This document shows, one piece after another, positions 57,530 through 64,000 of a DNA stretch of 64,000 bases (the first letter of the stretch is position 1; each line of letters opens with the position of its first letter). The stretch spans positions 480,001-544,000 of the forward strand of contig CAWGMQ010000004.1 in assembly GCA_963823665.1 (NCBI GenBank). The letters are read 5' to 3'. The position numbers and the translations under genes are program-made. The stretch comes from an uncultured Planctomycetota bacterium (lineage in GTDB: Bacteria > Planctomycetota > Planctomycetia > Isosphaerales > Isosphaeraceae). The notes under the pieces were generated by a model that ran no database searches, was not told where the DNA came from, and worked only from the letters and a program-made list of their open reading frames with translations.

Positions 57530-59395
57530 TCATCTGTTGGAAAACTGCCAGTCAGAATCGGGAAGTGGTGCGTATCCGTCCAATTCATCCGGCCACACAC
57601 GTGGCCACGAAAAACCGGCCGGTAGCTCCGGCCGTAGATTGAAAGGGGACAGGCTTACGGCTGTCGCCGCGAACAGGATGCTTATCAGCAGGAGGCACAC
57701 CGCGTTTTCGATTGCCTTCCGCCCAAGGCCCGGTTGATTGCCCGTGCCGCCGCCCCGGAAGGCGGGATGGTCGTAATACCTGATGAGCCGAGCCGGAATG
57801 ACGGGCAAATTGCGATGGAAGACCCACGCGACATCCTCCGGTGCGACCATCAACTCCTCCGGCTTGATCATCCGCCGCCCCGTTTGGGAAACGTTGGAAT
57901 TCCGGCCGCTCGAAACGCCGCTCGAATTCTGGCCCGTTTCGCCTCTTTGCCGCGATTCGCCGGTGTTGTCGCCATGCGATGCGACGGAAATCGTGGTATC
58001 GCCGATTCTTTTCGAGATTTCCTCCGCAGCCTCAATGGAATTCACGCCAAAATATTGTTGTGTGTCGATATTATCAAGAATCGTCTTTGCCTTGTCGCCA
58101 TAGCACTCCTTGAGCTGATTGATCGATTGAAAGATGAACCATAAACGAATGCCCATGCCACGCATGAGTGTCACAGCGGTTTCTAATATGCGGATTTTGC
58201 CGATATGAGCCGCTTCGTCGAGGAGGAACAGCACGGGATTTCGCTCGGATGGTTTGCCCCGCGTGATGGTCCGCAGGATAACGCCTATCCACAGCCGGAA
58301 GAGGGGAAGAGTTTCAAGCTTGTCTTCAGGTAAGACCAGATAGGCCGTTACGCGGCCGGTACGAAGCCAACGCGGGTCGCAAGTCGAAGTGGCGGTATTT
58401 TTTTGGATCAGCGGACCGTCGAGCCACTCCGTTTGTCTTTGAACGGTTGAGAGGACACTCCCAAGCTCACGATCCTGGAACCAGGTGAGCGAGTGCCCCA
58501 GACGCTGGATTACCCCGCCATGCGATTCGACCTTTTGCATCCAGTCAACAGCCACGGCAAAGGTATTGCGGCAGGACACAATGTCCCTGACCGCATCGAG
58601 CGTCCGCTTTTCCGGGTTATTCTCGCATGCACATATGTATGCAATGAACGCCGTCAAAACCAGCCGGGCGGAGTCATTCCAATGCGGATCGGGTTCTGTG
58701 CCGGATCGCATAATCAACATATCAGCAAGGTCACGGCACTGATCGAGAAAATCGTCCGCCTTGTCATCAACGAAATCCAAGGGATTCAGTGTGTGTGATC
58801 CCGGCCCGCAAAGTCCGAATGGGTCAAGGCGGATGATATGATGCTTGAATTTGTCGCGGCGATGGCGTGCCGTAGCCGTGAACAATTCCCCCTTCGGATC
58901 AGTAACGACGCAGCTATGCAGATAGGAGAGCAAGTTAATAATCAGCACACTTACGCCTTTGCCCCCGCCGGTTTTGCTACAGGTCAGTAAATGAGTAAAC
59001 GTATGTAGACGTATCATGCGGTCCGCGACCCACCGCTTACCGCCAAAAGCGGAGAGGAACAGGTAACTGGCCAGCACTGGCGACGTGCGGGCCGACCACA
59101 GGGCGGATAAACCCTCCCGAAATGACGGACGCTGCATGGTGCCGGTGGTGCCGAGGATCAGGCCATCATCGCCCAGCATGTTGGAGCGGATCAGATCACT
59201 GAGCGTGGCAAGCCTCGCGGTCCCGTGTGACCAGCCCGACGCGGCCACGCGGCGAAAGCGGTTCCATACCACGCCTGCGGCGACCAGGAGGAACATGAAC
59301 GGTACACGCATACCGATCAGGAACAGCCCGACACCGACACAGGCACAGGCGAGTTGCAGGATAGTACGCAGGACGCGGGCTTGGGTAACGGGCAT
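57530..59395 (-). CDS. virD4: VirD4/TraG-family type IV coupling protein
   Basis: N-terminal TMs, SHGTARLA, Walker A HLLTCSKTGGGKG, VVTDPKGEL, LNPLDF, Walker B FLLDEAAHIG, QSINQL..CYG and AEEISKRIGDTT. ATG at 59395 after GGAGGT. Confidence 0.88.
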   Translation of the reverse strand: MPVTQARVLRTILQLACACVGVGLFLIGMRVPFMFLLVAAGVVWNRFRRVAASGWSHGTARLATLSDLIRSNMLGDDGLILGTTGTMQRPSFREGLSALWSARTSPVLASYLFLSAFGGKRWVADRMIRLHTFTHLLTCSKTGGGKGVSVLIINLLSYLHSCVVTDPKGELFTATARHRRDKFKHHIIRLDPFGLCGPGSHTLNPLDFVDDKADDFLDQCRDLADMLIMRSGTEPDPHWNDSARLVLTAFIAYICACENNPEKRTLDAVRDIVSCRNTFAVAVDWMQKVESHGGVIQRLGHSLTWFQDRELGSVLSTVQRQTEWLDGPLIQKNTATSTCDPRWLRTGRVTAYLVLPEDKLETLPLFRLWIGVILRTITRGKPSERNPVLFLLDEAAHIGKIRILETAVTLMRGMGIRLWFIFQSINQLKECYGDKAKTILDNIDTQQYFGVNSIEAAEEISKRIGDTTISVASHGDNTGESRQRGETGQNSSGVSSGRNSNVSQTGRRMIKPEELMVAPEDVAWVFHRNLPVIPARLIRYYDHPAFRGGGTGNQPGLGRKAIENAVCLLLISILFAATAVSLSPFNLRPELPAGFSWPRVWPDELDGYAPLPDSDWQFSNR

Positions 59396-59457
59396 AGTTG
59401 ACCTCCGTAGGAAAGAAATGCCCGGCCAGGTGCAAACGCCCTCGGCCGGGCAGGTCA

Positions 59458-59763
59458 TCAATTGAAATAAGGGTCCTGGTAGTTGGGATGCTTCTTGCGT
59501 TGGGCTTTGATCGTTGCGACGGCGGTGCCAATGCCCGCCGCCGCCGCCGCGAGATCGTCAAACAACCCGAACGGGCCGAGGGCGATTTCCGGCATGGCGT
59601 CGATAGGGCTGATGCAGTACAAGCCGCAAAGAACGACGAATGACCAGGCCACGTAGGGCATAAGCAGATCACGCAAGCGACTTGCAGGCAGTGCCAACAG
59701 CACCATCAGCGTGATGACGATGACACTGGCCATCACCACCATCAGGCGAAGCAGCTCGAACAT
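59458..59763 (-). CDS. DUF1232/YkvA-like small membrane protein
   Basis: YCISPIDAMPEIALGPFGLFDD motif. Confidence 0.78.
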   Translation of the reverse strand: MFELLRLMVVMASVIVITLMVLLALPASRLRDLLMPYVAWSFVVLCGLYCISPIDAMPEIALGPFGLFDDLAAAAAGIGTAVATIKAQRKKHPNYQDPYFN

Positions 59764-59836
59764 GGTTCATCTCCGAAGGATTCGAGTGAGTGAAAACCCG
59801 CCCCGCCGGCAGCACCGGCAGGGCAGGGGAAAACGG

Positions 59837-59938
59837 TTATGACTTCCGCCGCCCCTCAGGCGGCGGCAGGGCACTTTCGACGACCGATTGGAAGAAATAG
59901 CCGACCACGCTGGCCAGCAACGCGATGACGTGTTCCAT
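59837..59938 (-). CDS. Small 33-aa hydrophobic ORF
   Basis: MEHVIALLASVVGYFFQSVVESALPPPEGRRKS with an AAGGAG RBS; in operon context; below the ORF-track cutoff. Confidence 0.5.
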   Translation of the reverse strand: MEHVIALLASVVGYFFQSVVESALPPPEGRRKS

Positions 59939-60015
59939 TGGGATGTCTCCTTGGGACGCTAGGCAGGGGGATAAAGAGACCGCCCCGCCGAACACCGGCA
60001 GGGCGGCGAAAACGT

Positions 60016-60855
60016 TCAGGAGGCCCGCAGGACGCGGGCGAGGGCCGATACCTCCTTTCCTCCTTCCTCAGACAGCTTCTTAGCCTGTTTCGTAAGGTGG
60101 TCGAGGGCCGTGAGCAGGCGTTTCCAGTTCAGCGGCTCGCCGCTGGAACTCACGGTGACGGAGATACCGCCACCCAACTTGCAGGCGATCCGCCCGGCGT
60201 TGGGCGTGACGTTACGTTTGCCCACCGTTTCCTGCACAGCTTCCACCACCGCACGCCGTGGCAGACGCTTGGCAATGACCGCGTGGGCAAGTTCCCGCTG
60301 GCTTTGTTCATCCGGCAGGCGGGAGATTTCGTACCCCGTGGCCGGGGCGATTTGTCCGGAACCGGAGCCGATCAGCTCCTGAATGTCCCCAGGAAGCGAC
60401 AGCAACGCTTCGGCTTTGGTGATGGCCGCAGCGGAAAAACCATATTCCTCGACCAGAGCCTTGGAATTGCAGCCCTTGAGGGCTTTCAGCCGTGCCAGGC
60501 CACGAGCCGTGTCCATCGGCTCAAGATCATGGCGAAGGTCGTTTTCAGTGAGGCGATCCGCCAGCTTGTCCGCGTCGGAAAGTTCACCGGCCACCGGGAT
60601 GCAGGGCACATGCGTCAGCCCGGCAAGTCCAGCAGCCCGGAAGCGGCTTTCGCCGGTGAGGATCAACCACACCTGCCGTTGCTCATCGCGGATCACCCGC
60701 AGCGGTTGAAGGACCCCATGAACGGCTATAGATTTAGCCAATCGTTGGATTTCTTCATCGAGGAATTTCTTTCGCGGTTGCGATGGATCAGGCATTAATT
60801 CAGCAAGTGCGATCATCAGCACTTGAAGAACCTGAGTGACAGCGTTTAGAACCAA
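60016..60855 (-). CDS. ParB/RepB/Spo0J-family protein
   Basis: PDPSQPRKKF, SIAVHGVLQPLRV, ILTGESRFRAA and ENDLRHDLEPMD. TTG start inferred from AAGGAG spacing. Confidence 0.88.
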   Translation of the reverse strand: MVLNAVTQVLQVLMIALAELMPDPSQPRKKFLDEEIQRLAKSIAVHGVLQPLRVIRDEQRQVWLILTGESRFRAAGLAGLTHVPCIPVAGELSDADKLADRLTENDLRHDLEPMDTARGLARLKALKGCNSKALVEEYGFSAAAITKAEALLSLPGDIQELIGSGSGQIAPATGYEISRLPDEQSQRELAHAVIAKRLPRRAVVEAVQETVGKRNVTPNAGRIACKLGGGISVTVSSSGEPLNWKRLLTALDHLTKQAKKLSEEGGKEVSALARVLRAS

Positions 60856-60925
60856 GGACAACGCTCCTTTCGTGGAAAAGGAAAGTGAAACAGCCCGGCC
60901 GTAACACCCGGCCGGGCATGGGGTA

Positions 60926-61156
60926 TCAGGTAAACTCGTGGTAGCAGTTCTTGCATCTCCACGGCTTATCAATGAGGTGAGCGAACTGACCGACCGCCCA
61001 ACATCCCGCGATGATGAGGAGCCCCACCGGATGCCCCGACATCGCCCCGTGCAACTGGTGCCCGCCGTGGTGAAGGGCGGAATGATTGAGTTCCTTCCTG
61101 CTGTGATCCTTATGGATCACATCAGCCGATCGGCATTTGGGACATATCTTGGCCAC
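60926..61156 (-). CDS. Small Zn-ribbon/membrane protein
   Basis: CPKC...His-rich...hydrophobic segment...CKNC; RBS AGGAAGGA. Confidence 0.65.
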   Translation of the reverse strand: MAKICPKCRSADVIHKDHSRKELNHSALHHGGHQLHGAMSGHPVGLLIIAGCWAVGQFAHLIDKPWRCKNCYHEFT

Positions 61157-61302
61157 GCTTAATCCTTCCTTTCGCTGAGTAATGCCGGTCGAAAAGTAAT
61201 TGGCGTGCAGCGACCGGCAACCGCACGCGGTTGGGTTTGAACTGCTAACGGGTTAACGGACCGGCTCATGCGACGGAGCCGATACCGACGGGCCTGATTG
61301 AC

Positions 61303-61515
61303 TCAGAAATCAAGCCACTCGGCAAGCTTGGCGGTGGCATAGACTATGCCCGCTGTTGCCGCCACGACAACAACGACTGGGGCGGCAGCCACTCCCAAGG
61401 CCACCGTTCCCGCGATTGCTGCTTGCCCTGGAGGAGTGCTCAGGGCCGCAATCGCCAAATTCGCCCCTACCGCCTGAGCGGCACCACTGGCATAACCTTG
61501 AGCTTGAGTTGACAT
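61303..61515 (-). CDS. Small Ala/Gly-rich hydrophobic protein
   Basis: 70 aa, mostly A/G/V; RBS GGAG. Confidence 0.55.
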   Translation of the reverse strand: MSTQAQGYASGAAQAVGANLAIAALSTPPGQAAIAGTVALGVAAAPVVVVVAATAGIVYATAKLAEWLDF

Positions 61516-61903
61516 AGAAGTAGCTCCGAAGAAGGGTTAGCCGGGTTGTTGGTTAGGTGATGCCGTGCGGCTACCGGCCTCGCCGCATGGCGATCCGAAT
61601 TGCGGGAAGACAGGCATGGTGCTGGCCTAGGGACGGCGAACATTGCCACTGGCGAAAGGAAGATCGGGAGTCACCCTTGCGATAGGGCCATTCCGATACC
61701 GGCTGTTCCGCCGCCGCGATGCTAACTCATCCCACACATAGGACGAGCGGGCAGGGGAAAACGTAAACCCCTACGGGGAAATTTTGCATCACGATCAGGT
61801 AACATGAAACCATACAGATGATTGACTATTTCGGCGGACACCCTATGATCGGAGGCCCACCAACGGGAGGCGAAGCCGCCCGGCAGGTGCGTTGAATCCG
61901 CTT

Positions 61904-62389
61904 ATGGAGGAGCGTTTGTCGGAGGAAGGGAAGCAGCCAAAACCGGATCAACCGGAGCCGCAAGAGCCGGAAATGCCGCTAAAGAGGAGCGGTGAACGTC
62001 GGGAGTTGGGTACGACGCGGTTTTGGGAAGATTACGTACGCCGCCTCTTGGAACAACACCCCGCCCATTTTCGGGCACTCGTCAGTTTGGTCAAAGGCAA
62101 TACAGAGGATGTTACCGAGCAGCGGACTGAAGATTTGAAGGAGTGGTTATTCTTGGAAGTGGATCGCACCGTTAAACCCGGTGCCAGAGATATTATAGAA
62201 ACTGCCTACCGGGAAACGCCGGACGGGCCAACCATCGTCGATCCCTTCGATGTGAGAAACACGGCCGACGCTGCAACGCTGCAACGGGCAAATGAGGAAC
62301 GTGTCGAGCGTCAAAAAGGAGGTGCGGAGCGTTTGCGTCGGGCTATCTTCGGCCGCGATAACGACAAAGACAAGCACCGGCCACGCTGA
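61904..62389 (+). CDS. Hypothetical protein
   Basis: Charged 160-aa ORF ending GRDNDKDKHRPR; start uncertain. Confidence 0.55.
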   Translation: MEERLSEEGKQPKPDQPEPQEPEMPLKRSGERRELGTTRFWEDYVRRLLEQHPAHFRALVSLVKGNTEDVTEQRTEDLKEWLFLEVDRTVKPGARDIIETAYRETPDGPTIVDPFDVRNTADAATLQRANEERVERQKGGAERLRRAIFGRDNDKDKHRPR

Positions 62390-62407
62390 TTGGCCGTTGC
62401 CCTAAGC

Positions 62408-62974
62408 CTAGATGTCAGCCTCGAATCCGCTCATTTGGTTACGTAATTCGTTCAATGCCCGCTTTATACGCTTGGCGACCGTAACTGGTGAGACACCGAG
62501 ATCCTTGGCGATTTTGGCGTTGGTCTTATTCTCGAGATAGCTATAGATAATAAGTTGTTGCTGAATCGGTGGTAGCTTTTCAATCGCCGCGTTCATCGCG
62601 TCGCTAATCTCACCCCGGCACAATTCGGTGAGCGGATCGGCTCCGGTGCTTGCCACGGCGGATTCGTCGAGCGTGCTGCGACCGTCGTTTTCGCGTTGCC
62701 GTTGCCGGTGATAGTCGATTGCCACGCTCCCGGCGATGGCGATGAGCCATCGGCGGGTAGATTCCCGTGGCGGATAGCCCCGGCTCAGCGAAGCGGATGA
62801 CTTTCTAAAGACATCCAGTCTGGCGGCATCAAGGTCGTGCCACGGAACGCCCCTGCGTCGCAGGGCATTGCTAATCACTTCACCATGCTCCGCATCCCAG
62901 CCTTCAATCAGGGCGTGCAGTTGCTCCCGTGTCGGCGGATCAGTCGAAACCTCATGGCTGCCTGTGGCTATCAT
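62408..62974 (-). CDS. ECF sigma-70 factor
   Basis: WLIAIAGSVAIDYHR and AIEKLPPIQQQLIIYSYLENKTNAKIAKDLGVSPVTVAKRIKRAL. Confidence 0.88.
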   Translation of the reverse strand: MIATGSHEVSTDPPTREQLHALIEGWDAEHGEVISNALRRRGVPWHDLDAARLDVFRKSSASLSRGYPPRESTRRWLIAIAGSVAIDYHRQRQRENDGRSTLDESAVASTGADPLTELCRGEISDAMNAAIEKLPPIQQQLIIYSYLENKTNAKIAKDLGVSPVTVAKRIKRALNELRNQMSGFEADI

Positions 62975-63067
62975 CGCCGGGACCTCCGGGCACAGAGAAA
63001 ATCGCGTCTCTGACCTAGCTCGTATGCCACAGATGCAGCACCGTCAAACGTCCAAGTGCTGTCCTTC

Positions 63068-63212
63068 TCCGGAATCGACTGATCGCAAGTCGTTATTTCA
63101 GTTTGGGTTACAATCCTAAGTTCGTCCGGCACAGAAAAGGTTCTCATCCTTTTCCGGCCTTTTCCGGAATCGACTGATCGCAAGCCGTTATTTCAGTTTG
63201 GGTTACAATCCT
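63068..63212. repeat. 50-bp direct repeat (2 copies, 95-bp period) upstream of the ECF gene
   Basis: TCCGGAATCGACTGATCGCAAG(T/C)CGTTATTTCAGTTTGGGTTACAATCCT at 63068 and 63163. Confidence 0.9.
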
Positions 63213-64000
63213 CAGGTCGTCGGCCACACAACGACTCTAAGCTCGCATCGTCGCGTTTCATCAGGCCAGAACACCGCCCAGTAGCATGAAGAGTAGGTTT
63301 TCTGGCCCCAGATCGTGTTCATACGACTCGACGGTACTCGCCGATGGGCCTTAAGTGGATTCACGGATAGGGGGCAATCCGGCAAGGTGACCCGGCTGCT
63401 CTACGGTTCCATTGCTAGCGACCGGCTACCGCTCCCGCTCACTTGGTTTTTCCCGATCCTCATGTCGCCTCGTTGGGGCATTTCTCGCGGTTTCAGGCTC
63501 CTTCCTGTTCCTTCCCGCCGTCGTGTAGCTGGTCCGGGTTGCGAAGCGACGGCGTTGCTTTTTATTGCCCGATTGCTTGCAAGCAATGGTCGTGGTCCCG
63601 CCGCCCGGTTGATAGCCTGTCTCCGGCAGCGGCACTCCCTGCCATCCCGCGACCACATGCCGACAGCCGTCCGCAATCTTCGACGCTATCGATCCCATCC
63701 TTAGCTGATCGCCGACCATGCCCGGCCGGTTCCCCGGTGCTCACGCCGCCTGTTTCAGGTTGTCCATGCCCGATTTTCTCCTACTTCAATCCAGCTCCGG
63801 CACCATAGGTGGCCTAACTGACGCGAACCTACAGCCGCAGCCGCCCGCCGCAACAAGAGAAACGGCTTTCATAAGATTATGTTTTTCAAGGGAATGAATC
63901 TTCCGTTTCTCAGGTTGCAGCGGACACGGGCCGCACTATGCGGCCCGTGGGCGTAAAGCCCGTCTAGGCGTCTGGTTGGTTGCTCTCGTAAGGCCACGGA

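Larger units (their letters stand above)
54915..64000. mobile_element. Integrative (probably mobilisable) element at tRNA-Leu; right end outside the window
   Basis: att fragment, integrase, Xis-like HTH, VirD4-like coupling protein and ParB. Confidence 0.7.

Noticed and set aside
63068..63212. Mini-CRISPR
   Set aside because: Only two copies of a 50-bp non-palindromic unit and no cas genes.

Overview
High-GC window, probably from a planctomycete (inferred from LExRxLL-type N-terminal motifs on secreted proteins and ECF sigma/Ser-Thr kinase pairs). 1-13 kb: a SulP transporter, an N-terminal-only DabA/DUF2309-like ORF, a ribbon-helix-helix gene, two HTH-PTS EIIA regulators and a 7-gene hydrogenase-4-like operon. 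The operon is Ehr-type (the large subunit lacks NiFe ligands), and its NuoB-like domain has all four Fe-S cysteines replaced by Asp/Ser/Asn/Asp. This is the most unusual signal in the window. From about 13.8 kb the window is accessory DNA. An ISAs1 element sits in the 3' end of a kinase gene. Two 5'-truncated tRNA-Leu(CAA) copies 36 kb apart mark tandem island junctions. The island between them holds a truncated RIT element with a nested non-autonomous Tn3-family transposon carrying an ECF sigma/kinase pair, a truncated helicase whose 3' end recurs three times around cargo (including a type III R-M system), a second ECF/kinase pair, a frameshifted giant RHS protein with an internal variable segment, and other secreted/WD40 proteins. 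From 55 kb lies an integrase/Xis/VirD4/ParB integrative element. No CRISPR array, rRNA or intact tRNA was seen. Family assignments are from motif recognition only; no database searches were run.
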